Positions 17,414 through 27,043 of a stretch of 64,000 nt of DNA are shown in pieces; position 1 is the first letter of the stretch; every line of letters starts with the position of its first letter. Source of the stretch: Gemmatimonadales bacterium (GTDB lineage Bacteria > Gemmatimonadota > Gemmatimonadetes > Gemmatimonadales > GWC2-71-9). The notes under the pieces were generated by a model that made no database searches, was not told where the DNA came from, and saw nothing but the letters and a program-made list of their open reading frames with translations. The position numbers and the translations under genes were made by a program. The DNA is taken from positions 14,587 to 78,586 of the forward strand of contig DATBJC010000020.1 in the NCBI GenBank assembly GCA_036556625.1, read 5' to 3'.

Positions 17414-20400
17414 ATGCACTGCTTTTCGCGTATGAGAAGCGTTCTGGTACTCGGACTGGTGGCGCTCACCATGGGCGCGCTGGTTCCCAGCACGGCCGAA
17501 GCGAAGCCAAGGCCCGGCGTGAAGAAGGGGTTCCGGCTGTTCGCCAAGGCGATCGGGGCGATGACCATCAACCGGATCTACTGCGGCATTGCCTCGAACG
17601 GTCAGGTCTGCGTCGATTCCACCAACTCGCCCGTTGTCGGCGGCGGCTTCTGGCCCAAGGGCAGCCCGAACCAGTACGTGTTCAACTCGGGCATGCAGGT
17701 GGCGGGCATCATCGGTTCCGACGCCAATCCGGAGTGGGCCGGCGACACCACGGGCGGCCAGCTGTTCAGCCCCCGCGGTGACGACCACGGCGAAGAGATC
17801 CAGCCGGTCTTCAACGCCGCCGATCCGGCGGACGTGGCGGTATGGCCCCAGGCGGGGCTGGTGCCGTCCGGAGACGCCACCCAGGACCTGTTCTTCCCGG
17901 TGCTGCGGGGCCGGGTGTCCGCCTCCCAGGGCGACGTCTGGTTCGTGTCCTGGGAAGGCAATCCGGGGTTCGCCGCCGGGCGAGAGCACCCGCTCGGCAT
18001 CCTGGTCGAGCAGCGAGGCATGGGCTACAACTTCCCCTCCGGTAACCAGGACATCCTCTACTTCATCTACACCTTCTACAACGTCACCGCGAGCGATCCC
18101 GCGGTCTATGCGGCGATCCGCCCGGGCATGCGGGAGCTCGTCGCAGAGGCGGGCGCCCGGTTCCAGCAGCTCAACGAGGGCCGGTTCGCCGTCGACATTC
18201 CGGATGGCGGCTATACCGTCACCAACATGTTCGCCGCGTTCGGCGCCGACATGGACGTGGCTGCCGCCGGCTCCAACTACGCGTCGGTGAACGTGCCGTT
18301 TTCCCTGGGCTACACTTACGAGAACACCTTCGCCGGGACGCAAGACTGGCAGTTCGACCCCACTATCTTCGGTCCCCCGTTCTTCCCCGGCGCCGGCTTC
18401 GTCGGCGTGAAGTACCTGAAGAGCCCGGTGGTGGACGGCGTCGAAGTGGGTCTGACCCTGTTCAGCAACACCATCAACAGCGGCGCGTTCGACGACGCGC
18501 AGAACGCGGTCCAGCTCTACCGTTATTTGTCGAACAACATCAGCACCGCCGCGGGCGATGCGGCCTGCAATACCGGCAATCCGCAGCTCACCCGCATCTG
18601 CTTCGTCAACAACGTGGCCCCGGCCGACATGCGGTTCTTCCAGTCGTCCGGCCCGCTCGAGCTCGGTCCCGGCCAGTTCGGCTCGATTGCCGTGGCCTAC
18701 ATCTTCGCGGCGCCGGTGTCGGTCGGCGCCTGCGTCGGCCCCGGCACCTGTGACCTGACCCCGGGAGATCCCACCCGGCTGAGCGACGCCACGCTGCTCG
18801 CCAACGGCGCCAACCCGGTGGACTCCGTCGCCGGGTTCGCGGGATACGAGGACGCGAACAACGACGGGGTCGTGCAACAGGAGGAGATCGCGACGGTTCC
18901 CGGCTCGCTGCTCGACAAGGCCAAGGTGGCGCAGACCATCTTCAACAACCGCTTCCTGACGCCGGCCGCGCCGGAATCCCCGAGCTTCTTCCTCATCCCG
19001 GGCAACAACCAGGTCACGGTGCTCTGGAGCCCGAGCCCCACCGAGACGGCCGGTGACCCGTTCTTCCAGGTCGCGAGCGAGCCCTTGGTGGTCCCCGAGG
19101 GCGGCGGTGACCCGGTGCAGAACCCGCTGTTCGATCCGAACTTCCGTGAGTTCGACGTGGAGGGCTACCGAGTCTATCGCGGGCGGGTGGATTCCCCGAA
19201 CTCCCTCAGCCTGCTGGCCTCGTTCGACAAGACCGGCACCGTCATGCAGGACTTCACCAGCCAGGTGAACTCCAGCGACGCGTGCGCCCCCGAGCTCGGG
19301 ATCAACGCCCCCGTTGCCATTGACAGTGTCACCGACCCGCTTGCGCCCGACACGACCTTCGGCTGCCCGGTGGACTTCGACTCCCTGGTCCCCGGCGTCG
19401 CGCCGACCGTGTTCACGGAGATCCCGCTGGTCGGGCCGATCATTCAGGTGAAGCTCGGGCCGGGCGGTACTCCAGGCGCGCGTATCCAGCTCGCCAGCGG
19501 GACAACCATCAACACCGCGGCCGACACGGCGATCACCGGAGCCGAGAGCGGCTGCCTCCAGGCCGGCACCAGCGCGACCTGCGGCCTGGTGGACAACGGC
19601 GTGCCGTTCATCTTCGTCGATCCCACCGCGCGGAACAATCTGCGCTACTTCTACTCCGTGGTGGCGTTCGACATCAACTCGATCCAATCCGGTCCTTCGA
19701 GTATCGAGTCCTCCAGAGTCACCAAGGCAACGACCCCGGTGGCCGGTGCTTCCAACGTGCTGAGCGAGGCGACCTTCAGCCAGGCGATCGTCGGTCGCGG
19801 GGTGACGGTCAGCAACGACAGCACCCTGCCGACCATCGATGCCACGACCGGCCAATTCAGCGGCAAGATGCCGCCCAGCAACGCGGCCACCGCCGCGTTC
19901 GTGGGTGAGTTCGCCCGGGCCATCTTCAGCGGTCAGGGCAGCTTCGGCGCGACCCTGATCGGGCTGGGCATGGGCGACGCTCGTGGCGGCATTCCGACCA
20001 ACTACACCTTCGAGACCAGCGGTGGAGGGACGACCGATACGGTGTCGGTCCAGATCACGCAGACGTTGGATCTCACCGTGCCCACCGCGCAGAGCGGGCC
20101 ATTCCCGGCCGCGGAGGCGGACCCGGCATTGTCGGCCCGGTTCGGCATTCCACCTGGATTCATCCAGAGTGGTACCGTGACGCTGGGCCTGGCCAGCTAC
20201 CAGACCGCCTCGGGTTGGGGTCGGGGGTGCGTGATCGATGCCCTGTTCGGCGCCAACTGCAACTACAACGGCCCCCGCTGGTTCGCGGGAGACAACGAAA
20301 CCAAGGCTGATCCGAACGCCGGCAACGTCAACAGTCCTACCGGTGGCGCGGCCGACAACAACAACGCGGGCGAGCTGCCCGGTGTGCTCACCATTCAGAA

Positions 20401-21355
20401 CCCGCAATCGTATCATCAGACCAGCGGCAACCTGCGCGCCATCGAGGCCATCCTGGGCAGCGCGACCCGCGCGGCCGACTTCAACCTCTATTGGGGCGCG
20501 GGCGGGGTGGTCGATTCGGTCATCGACATCACCCACAACGTTCCGGTGCCGCGGCTCGACAGTCTGGGTGCCGGCTGGGGCTTCCTGACCACGGCCAATA
20601 CATCGGGCGCCGGGTCCAGCGATGGCGATCCCGGCACCGTCACCCTGGCCGACTTCGGCTGCGTATTCCCGCTGATCGATCCCAGCCGCCACGGGGATCA
20701 GATCTTCCCGTGCACGACACCATACGTGCTCAGCAACACCGCCGTGGCAGGCCCCATCGCGATCAGTGGCGATGAGAGCGTCTTCGCACCCAGACCGAAC
20801 CCCGGCTTCGCGCTCTACCTGGCCGGACACATCTTCCTCATGGAGCTGGCTCCCGGCGCTGGGCTTCCGGCGGCCGGTACGGTGTGGACCATGCGGAGCT
20901 ACATCGGCTGGATCAACGGCGGCAATGGCGCGGCGGGGGCGGAAGGACCCTACAGCTTCACACCGCAGGTCCGCAGCTTCTCGGCCCTGGGCGCCACCGT
21001 GGCGCTGAACTTCAACGCCACCAACGCGGTGCAGGCGCCGACCGCCACCAATCTGAGTCAGGTCCACACGGTACCTGACCCGTACTATGTGACCAGCGCC
21101 TTCGAGCAGACCACGGACGCCAAGATCATCAAGTTCGTGAACCTGCCCAACAAGGCGATCATCCGGATCTACTCGTCCAGCGGCGTGCTGGTGTCGCTGC
21201 TCGAGCACAACTCCACCACGTTCGGCGGAAGCGCCGACTGGAACGTCCGGAACCGCAACAACCAAGTCGTGGCCAGTGGCGTGTACTTCTACCACATCGA
21301 AGCGGGTGACGCCCGTCGCGTCGGCCGGTTCACCGTGGTGAACTTCGCGCAGTAG
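17414..21355 (+). CDS. 1313-aa secreted beta-rich protein of unknown function with FN3-like module and T9SS/FlgD-type C-terminal domain
   Basis: The signal peptide ends in 'STAEA'. An internal 'NNQVTVLWSPSP...DVEGYRVYRGR' is FN3-like. The last 97 aa, 'VPDPYY...IIRIYSSSGVLVSLL...WNVRNRNNQVVASGVYFYHIEAG...FTVV', follow the C-terminal sorting-domain pattern. I recognise no catalytic motif. Confidence 0.8.
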   Translation: MHCFSRMRSVLVLGLVALTMGALVPSTAEAKPRPGVKKGFRLFAKAIGAMTINRIYCGIASNGQVCVDSTNSPVVGGGFWPKGSPNQYVFNSGMQVAGIIGSDANPEWAGDTTGGQLFSPRGDDHGEEIQPVFNAADPADVAVWPQAGLVPSGDATQDLFFPVLRGRVSASQGDVWFVSWEGNPGFAAGREHPLGILVEQRGMGYNFPSGNQDILYFIYTFYNVTASDPAVYAAIRPGMRELVAEAGARFQQLNEGRFAVDIPDGGYTVTNMFAAFGADMDVAAAGSNYASVNVPFSLGYTYENTFAGTQDWQFDPTIFGPPFFPGAGFVGVKYLKSPVVDGVEVGLTLFSNTINSGAFDDAQNAVQLYRYLSNNISTAAGDAACNTGNPQLTRICFVNNVAPADMRFFQSSGPLELGPGQFGSIAVAYIFAAPVSVGACVGPGTCDLTPGDPTRLSDATLLANGANPVDSVAGFAGYEDANNDGVVQQEEIATVPGSLLDKAKVAQTIFNNRFLTPAAPESPSFFLIPGNNQVTVLWSPSPTETAGDPFFQVASEPLVVPEGGGDPVQNPLFDPNFREFDVEGYRVYRGRVDSPNSLSLLASFDKTGTVMQDFTSQVNSSDACAPELGINAPVAIDSVTDPLAPDTTFGCPVDFDSLVPGVAPTVFTEIPLVGPIIQVKLGPGGTPGARIQLASGTTINTAADTAITGAESGCLQAGTSATCGLVDNGVPFIFVDPTARNNLRYFYSVVAFDINSIQSGPSSIESSRVTKATTPVAGASNVLSEATFSQAIVGRGVTVSNDSTLPTIDATTGQFSGKMPPSNAATAAFVGEFARAIFSGQGSFGATLIGLGMGDARGGIPTNYTFETSGGGTTDTVSVQITQTLDLTVPTAQSGPFPAAEADPALSARFGIPPGFIQSGTVTLGLASYQTASGWGRGCVIDALFGANCNYNGPRWFAGDNETKADPNAGNVNSPTGGAADNNNAGELPGVLTIQNPQSYHQTSGNLRAIEAILGSATRAADFNLYWGAGGVVDSVIDITHNVPVPRLDSLGAGWGFLTTANTSGAGSSDGDPGTVTLADFGCVFPLIDPSRHGDQIFPCTTPYVLSNTAVAGPIAISGDESVFAPRPNPGFALYLAGHIFLMELAPGAGLPAAGTVWTMRSYIGWINGGNGAAGAEGPYSFTPQVRSFSALGATVALNFNATNAVQAPTATNLSQVHTVPDPYYVTSAFEQTTDAKIIKFVNLPNKAIIRIYSSSGVLVSLLEHNSTTFGGSADWNVRNRNNQVVASGVYFYHIEAGDARRVGRFTVVNFAQ

Positions 21356-21410
21356 TCGCCCACCGGGGGGGAGCGGGCACACCGCCCGCTCCTCCACAAC
21401 CAGGAGAAGG

Positions 21411-22532
21411 ATGAACATGCGATTTTCATTGGTTCCGAGCCTGGCAGTGGCTGCGACGCTGGTCGGCGGCCTTCCCTCGCTCGCGGCGGCCCAGGGGGAG
21501 GACAATACCCCCTATGGCACCACCTCGGCCGAGTTCCTGCTCTTCGGCGCCGGCGCCCGGGGCACCGCGCTGGGCGGCGCGTTCGTCGCCCTGGCCATGG
21601 ACGCCAGCGCGCTCTATTACAATCCCGCCGGCACGGCCCTGATGTCCCGGCCGGGCGCCACCATCAGTACCTACGATTACATCGCCGACACCAGGTACAG
21701 CTGGGGCGGCGTGGCCATTCCATTCTCGGACGGCACCCGGGCGGTCGGCCTCCAGGTCGGCACCTTCGGGTTCAAGGATCAGCCGGTGTACACCCCGCAG
21801 CAGCCGGACGGCACCGGATCGGTCTACTCGGTGAGCCAGACGGTCGCGGGCCTGACCTTCGCCCAGAACTTCTCCGACCGCTTCGCGGCCGGCATCACGG
21901 CCAAGGGCGTATTCGACAACCTGGGACAGGCCTCGGGCCGGGCGTTCGCGGTGGACTTCGGCACCAACTTCCACGCCCAGCTCAGCGGGCACCCCATCCG
22001 GTTCGCCTTCACCGTGACCAACCTGGGCAGCAACCTGTCGTACAGCGGCAACGCGCTGGAGATCGACGCGCCGCGGGACTCCATCCCCGGCGAGGATCCG
22101 GTGCCGGAGAACCCGCAGCCGGGTGAGTTCCGCACCAAGGACTTCGCGTTGCCCACCACGTTCCGGGTCGGTCTGGCGTACGACCTGCTCGCGGGCGAGA
22201 CCAGCCGGCTCACCATCCTCTCGGACTTCAACCAGCCCAACAACAACAGCGCCGGCTTCTCCGCCGGCGGCGAATGGATGTCGGAGCGGCTGGGCGGGTC
22301 CAACTTCGGGTTCGCGGTGCGGGGCAGCTACAGCTACGCCGCCGCCAACAACCTGGAGCCGCTGGATCCCAACGACACCGCGCTCAAGGACGAGGAGAAC
22401 CTCCAGGGCCTCTCCATCGGCGGAGGGCTCAACTACTCGTCGGAAGGATTCCTCCTGGGGTTCGATTATGCCTGGAGGTATCTGGGCGTTCTGGGAGGCA
22501 CCAACTTCTTTACCGTCAATCTGGGTTGGTAG
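21411..22532 (+). CDS. PorV/PorQ-like (FadL-type) outer-membrane beta-barrel
   Basis: The N-terminus 'GTTSAEFLLFGAGARGTALGGAFVALAMDASALYYNPAGTA' closely follows the conserved PorV/PorQ opening motif. The protein is 373 aa and beta-rich, ending in 'FFTVNLGW'. Confidence 0.7.
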   Translation: MNMRFSLVPSLAVAATLVGGLPSLAAAQGEDNTPYGTTSAEFLLFGAGARGTALGGAFVALAMDASALYYNPAGTALMSRPGATISTYDYIADTRYSWGGVAIPFSDGTRAVGLQVGTFGFKDQPVYTPQQPDGTGSVYSVSQTVAGLTFAQNFSDRFAAGITAKGVFDNLGQASGRAFAVDFGTNFHAQLSGHPIRFAFTVTNLGSNLSYSGNALEIDAPRDSIPGEDPVPENPQPGEFRTKDFALPTTFRVGLAYDLLAGETSRLTILSDFNQPNNNSAGFSAGGEWMSERLGGSNFGFAVRGSYSYAAANNLEPLDPNDTALKDEENLQGLSIGGGLNYSSEGFLLGFDYAWRYLGVLGGTNFFTVNLGW

Positions 22533-22553
22533 CAGAGCGGATTCAGGAAGACC

Positions 22554-24002
22554 ATGCATAGCGTGTTGAAGTGGTCGTTCGCCGCGGCGCTGGCGGGCTT
22601 GCCGGTGGCCGCGGCGGCGATGCAATCGGATCCGGAGTTGGTGCTCCGCGCGGTGCGGTTCTATCGCGCGGAGCAGGACCTCACCCGAGTCAAGGGCATC
22701 GTCCAGATTCCCTACGCGCTGGTGCAGCGGACCGGCGAGGGCAGCGCGTACACCGTGTCCGTCCGGGTGGCGGATGCCACCGGGCTCACGCTCTACCAGC
22801 AGTCGTGGCAGTCCAAGGTCGCGGCCGGGCCGGCACCGGAGGACGCCTACGCGGTGGAGATCGTGGATTTCACGGTGGCACCGGGGACCTACAAGCTGGA
22901 GGTGGCGGTCGGCGATTCGGCCAGCGGCAAGCAGGTGAGCCAGACGGTGAGCCTGGAGGCGCTGGGCAAGGCGGCCAAGGTGTCCGACCTGCTGGCGTCT
23001 CCCGCCATTCGAGTGGCGGCGGCCAACGACACCGTGCCCAAGCCCGGAGAGTTTCGGGCCGGCAACAATCTGGTGACCGCCGCGGCGCGCGTCTTTCTCA
23101 CGCCGCTCCGGTCTCACGTGTATTACCTGATGGAGGCCTATTCCCCGGCGGAGCAGAAGGGGAAGATGGGTGTCTCCATCAACGACTCCGCGGGTAAGGC
23201 GATCGTGCAGACTCCCCCGCTCGAAGTCACGGTGGCGCCGGGCGGCAGCATGCTGAAGGGCCAGCTGGACCTGACCGGGCTCCCGCCGGGTGACTACACC
23301 ATGACCTCCAGGCTGGAGCTGGGGGGTGAGACCATCGAGCGGTCGGCGCCTATCACCATGGCCCCGATCACCCAGACCCTGGTGCGCGACTCGGCCGCAC
23401 GGCAGGACGCCAGGATCACCGACGAGGGGTACTTCGCGGCCATGTCGGTGGAGGAGCTGGATCAGGCCAAGGAGCCGCTGGCATACGTCGCCCGGAGCCG
23501 GGAGCTCTCCAGCTGGGACAAGAGCATGAGTGCCGGCGTCAAGCGAAAGTTCCTGACCGAGTTCTGGAAGAAGCGGGACCCGACGCCCGACACGCCGCGC
23601 AACGAGCGGCGGGAGCAGTTCTACCAGGCGATCGCCTACGCGGACAAGCACTACCGGGAGCCCGGCCGCCGCGCGCCGGACGGCTGGCGGACTGACCGCG
23701 GCCGGATCTTCGCCAAGAACGGCACGCCGGACGACGTGCTCCAGCGGCCCGAGGAAGCGTACGGCGCGGCCTTTGAGGTCTGGAAGTACACCCGGGGCAA
23801 GGCGCGCTACTACATCTTCGCCGACCGGACCGGGTTCGGCGGGTTCCAGTTGATCTACTCGAACGACGTCTCCGAGCCGAAGATTCCCGCCTGGGGCGCC
23901 GTGCTGAGCCGCCGCGGTCTGGCGGAGGCCGGCACTTTCCTGGGTGTGGACCTGTTCAGCGTAGTTCGGTCCGAGGACGCCGGCAATATCCAGCGGTTCT
24001 GA
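22554..24002 (+). CDS. GWxTD-domain protein
   Basis: The C-terminal 'FWKKRDP...REQFYQAIAYADKHY...DGWRTDRGRIF...GTPDDV' contains the eponymous GWxTD motif (GWRTD). The N-terminal half looks like two beta-sandwich modules. Confidence 0.75.
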   Translation: MHSVLKWSFAAALAGLPVAAAAMQSDPELVLRAVRFYRAEQDLTRVKGIVQIPYALVQRTGEGSAYTVSVRVADATGLTLYQQSWQSKVAAGPAPEDAYAVEIVDFTVAPGTYKLEVAVGDSASGKQVSQTVSLEALGKAAKVSDLLASPAIRVAAANDTVPKPGEFRAGNNLVTAAARVFLTPLRSHVYYLMEAYSPAEQKGKMGVSINDSAGKAIVQTPPLEVTVAPGGSMLKGQLDLTGLPPGDYTMTSRLELGGETIERSAPITMAPITQTLVRDSAARQDARITDEGYFAAMSVEELDQAKEPLAYVARSRELSSWDKSMSAGVKRKFLTEFWKKRDPTPDTPRNERREQFYQAIAYADKHYREPGRRAPDGWRTDRGRIFAKNGTPDDVLQRPEEAYGAAFEVWKYTRGKARYYIFADRTGFGGFQLIYSNDVSEPKIPAWGAVLSRRGLAEAGTFLGVDLFSVVRSEDAGNIQRF

Positions 24003-24050
24003 CGGCGACGGATCGAATATCTCACAGCTCTCCGCCATGAGGGGTTCACT

Positions 24051-25079
24051 ATGAAGCGCTTGTTTTGTGGTTCGGTCGTATTCGCGGCATCCCTGGTGCT
24101 GGTGTCGTGCTCCAGCGACCCGACCGGCGACTTCCGGGGCGATCCCGTCCGGATCGTGGCCGACCCGTCCTCGATCTTCCTGGAGCAGGGCGCCAATGCG
24201 TCGGTGATCGTGCGCCTGGAGGACGATCAGGGCAATCCTCTTGCGGCGGATTGGCAGATCACCGCCGGCAGCGGGATTACGGTAGACCGCAATGAGGATT
24301 TCCTGGGCACCACCGTGGGTGCCCCACTGGAGTCCGAAGCGCAATTCGATGTCTTCGCAGGGAATGCGCCCGTCGCGACCTCGTTTACTGTCTCAGCGGG
24401 TGGGCTGGACCTCGAGGTCCCGGTCAGGGTGACACCGACCAACCTGGTCGCCTCGTTCTCCAATGCTGCTCCAGCGGCGAGCGAACCGGTGACGATTACC
24501 GCCGAAGGGTTCACCTTCTTAGCCGATGCGACGATCGCCTTCGGTGCGGACACGGCCCTTATCCTCTCCAACGACGGCACCTCGGTGACCTTCATCCCGA
24601 TACCCGGCTCTACCGGACCGGCTACGGTCTCGAACATCGCGGTGAACTTCCTTCCGACGACCCCGCTCACCCTCGAGACCACCACCGAGCTCACGGCAGC
24701 GGCGTTCACCGGGACTGAAGCTCCAGCAACCGCACCGGTCATCCCGGTTCCGGCTGCTGGAGAATCCGTCGTACTCTACGATGGCGGGACTTTTGCTGGC
24801 GCTGACATCACCGGTGACGGTGGCGTGGGAGCACAATACTACCAGTTTACCGTGACTGAAGCCGGTGACTATCACTTCGTAACTGACTGGATCGGGGACG
24901 ACACGGATATCGACGCGGTCGTGTGCTTCGACGCCGCATGCAGCAGCGGCGCCTTTGCAGGTACGGGACTCACTCATCCCGAGGACGGCACCCTTACATT
25001 GGCGCCAGGCACGTACTATTTCGTTTCCGTCTTGTTCGACGGCACTCCGGTGCCGTTCAACGTCACGATCAGTCGCTAG
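24051..25079 (+). CDS. Lipoprotein with Ig-like (Big/IPT) modules and a PPC-like C-terminal domain
   Basis: The lipobox is 'LVLVSCSS'. It carries Thr/Ala-rich beta modules and a C-terminal 'YYQFTVTEAGDYHF...DIDAVVCFD...LAPGTYYFVSV' pre-peptidase-C-terminal-like pattern. Confidence 0.65.
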   Translation: MKRLFCGSVVFAASLVLVSCSSDPTGDFRGDPVRIVADPSSIFLEQGANASVIVRLEDDQGNPLAADWQITAGSGITVDRNEDFLGTTVGAPLESEAQFDVFAGNAPVATSFTVSAGGLDLEVPVRVTPTNLVASFSNAAPAASEPVTITAEGFTFLADATIAFGADTALILSNDGTSVTFIPIPGSTGPATVSNIAVNFLPTTPLTLETTTELTAAAFTGTEAPATAPVIPVPAAGESVVLYDGGTFAGADITGDGGVGAQYYQFTVTEAGDYHFVTDWIGDDTDIDAVVCFDAACSSGAFAGTGLTHPEDGTLTLAPGTYYFVSVLFDGTPVPFNVTISR

Positions 25080-25106
25080 GGCATCCCGTAGGCTCTTGAG
25101 AGTGTG

Positions 25107-25138
25107 AAGAAGCCCCCGTCTGGCAGCGGGGGCTTCTT
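25107..25138. terminator. Bidirectional intrinsic terminator hairpin
   Basis: AAGAAGCCCCCG (25107-25118) and CGGGGGCTTCTT (25127-25138) form a perfect 12-bp stem with an 8-nt loop. It lies between convergent genes. Confidence 0.65.
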
Positions 25139-25170
25139 GCGTTCAGTCCAACAACCATGACACCGGGGTC

Positions 25171-26991
25171 CTAGAGATTGGCGATCATGCTCCTGGCGCT
25201 GTCCGCCGGATCATCGCGGAACTGCCGCTGATACAGCCGCGCGTACAGTCCGCCCTGCGCCAGCAGTCCGGCATGACTCCCCTCCTCCACGATCCGCCCG
25301 CCGTCGAGCACCACCAGCCGATCCGCCCGCCGCACCGTGCTCAGCCGGTGCGCGATGATCAGCGTGGTGCGCCCCACCAGCAGCCGGCTCAGCGCGTCCT
25401 CGATCAGCTGCTCGCTCTCGGTATCCAGATTGCTGGTGGCCTCGTCCAGCACCAGCACCGCCGGGTCCTTGAGGATCGCCCGGGCGATAGCCACCCGCTG
25501 CCGCTGGCCCCCCGAGAGCTTGATCCCCCGCTCGCCCACCACGGTGTCGTAGCCCAGCGGCAGCCGCTCCACGAACTCGTGCGCGTGCGCCGCCCGCGCG
25601 GCCTCCTCGATCTCGGCGTCTGACGCACCCGGCCGGGCGTACGCGATGTTGTCCCGCACCGTCCCGCTGAACAGCGCAGGCTCCTGCGGCACCACACCGA
25701 TCGCACCCCGGAGATCGGCCAGCCGGAGCGAGCGCACGTCGTGGCTGTCCAGCCGGACGTGGCCCCGGTCCACGTCCCAGAACCGCGGCAGCAGCGACAC
25801 CAGCGTGGTCTTGCCCGCGCCCGACGGGCCCACCAAGGCCACCACCTCGCCCGGCAAGATCTCGAGGTCCACGCCCGCCAGCGTCCAGGTCTCGGATCGG
25901 TCCTCCTGGTAGCGGAACCACACGTCCTCAAAGGCCACCCGACCCGCGGCCGGGCGGACCATCGGGGCCGGAGCCGGCGGGTCGGCGATCTCCGGCTTCA
26001 TCTCCAGGATCTCGAACACTCGCTCCGCGGCGCCTACCGCCTCCTGGTACGCGCTGAAGCTGGAGGCCAGCGCTCCGATCGAGGCCGCGATGGTGATGGT
26101 GTAGAGAAGGAAGGAGACCAGCGAGCCGGCGGTGAGCTGGCCCTCCAGCACCAGGAGCCCGCCCTGCCACAGCACCACGGTGATGCCGGCGAAGGTGGAC
26201 AGCGTGAGCATCCCGAAGAACACTCCGCGCACCCGGGCCCGCTGCAGCGCGGTCCGCACGCTCGCCGTCACCCGCTCGCCGTAGCGGGCGCGCTCGGTCG
26301 GCTCCTGCACGAAGCTCTGCACCGTCCGGATCTGGGAGAACGCCTCCTCCGCGACGCCGGTGGCCTCCGCCAGCCGGTCCTGCACGCCGGTGGTGATCTG
26401 CCGGAGCCGCCGCCCGAAAAAGATGGCCGAGCCCACCACCAGGGGCGACACGGCGAGCGCGGTGAGCGTCAGCCTGGGCTGGAGGTAGGTGAGCAGCACC
26501 ACGCCGCCGGCCAGCGACAGCACCTGCCGGGCGAGCTCGGAGATCTGATGGCTCAGGACGCCCTGGAGCAACCCCACGTCGGAGGTGAGCCGGCTGGTCA
26601 GCTCACCGGTGCGCCGCTCGGCGAAGAAGCCGGGGGGCATCTCCAGCAGCCGGGCGAACAGCTCCTTCCGAAGCCCGGCCACCGACTGCTCGCCCACCGC
26701 GCTGAGGAGATAGGTCTGGATGTAGTTGAGGACCGCCTGCACGCTGAAGAGCACTACCAGCCCGATGGCGATCCGGTCGAGCAGGGCCCGGTTGCGCTCC
26801 ACGAAGGCCGCGTCCAGGAGGTAGCGCACGGCCATGGGAAAGGCCAGCGCGAGGAGCCCGCTCGCCACCAGCGCCACCGTCGCCAGCGCCAGCTTCCAAC
26901 GGTACGGCCTGACCCGGGGCCACAGCCTCGTCAGCCGCCCGGGCGGTGGCAATCGGCGGGAGACTGCTTCGCCAATGGAGCTCGTCGTCAA
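25171..26991 (-). CDS. ABC exporter, fused permease-ATPase (MsbA/ABCB type)
   Basis: 606 aa with an N-terminal six-TM domain. It has Walker A GPSGAGKTTL, signature LSGGQRQR and Walker B VLVLDEATS. Confidence 0.9.
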   Translation of the reverse strand: MTTSSIGEAVSRRLPPPGRLTRLWPRVRPYRWKLALATVALVASGLLALAFPMAVRYLLDAAFVERNRALLDRIAIGLVVLFSVQAVLNYIQTYLLSAVGEQSVAGLRKELFARLLEMPPGFFAERRTGELTSRLTSDVGLLQGVLSHQISELARQVLSLAGGVVLLTYLQPRLTLTALAVSPLVVGSAIFFGRRLRQITTGVQDRLAEATGVAEEAFSQIRTVQSFVQEPTERARYGERVTASVRTALQRARVRGVFFGMLTLSTFAGITVVLWQGGLLVLEGQLTAGSLVSFLLYTITIAASIGALASSFSAYQEAVGAAERVFEILEMKPEIADPPAPAPMVRPAAGRVAFEDVWFRYQEDRSETWTLAGVDLEILPGEVVALVGPSGAGKTTLVSLLPRFWDVDRGHVRLDSHDVRSLRLADLRGAIGVVPQEPALFSGTVRDNIAYARPGASDAEIEEAARAAHAHEFVERLPLGYDTVVGERGIKLSGGQRQRVAIARAILKDPAVLVLDEATSNLDTESEQLIEDALSRLLVGRTTLIIAHRLSTVRRADRLVVLDGGRIVEEGSHAGLLAQGGLYARLYQRQFRDDPADSARSMIANL

Positions 26992-27043
26992 TATGGAGTT
27001 CCTTGAAGATTCACCACGCAGGCACCAAGGTCTTCGTGGTGAA

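Noticed and set aside
17387-21505. 1372-aa minus-strand ORF antisense to the 1313-aa secreted protein, and the 972-aa ORF at 21426-24344 antisense to the PorV-like and GWxTD genes.
   Set aside because: The reasoning is the same. Their composition is dominated by R/G/A/V/D/H runs, and they have no motifs, no RBS context and no export signals. The sense-strand genes carry conserved motifs (CTD, PorV N-terminus, GWxTD).
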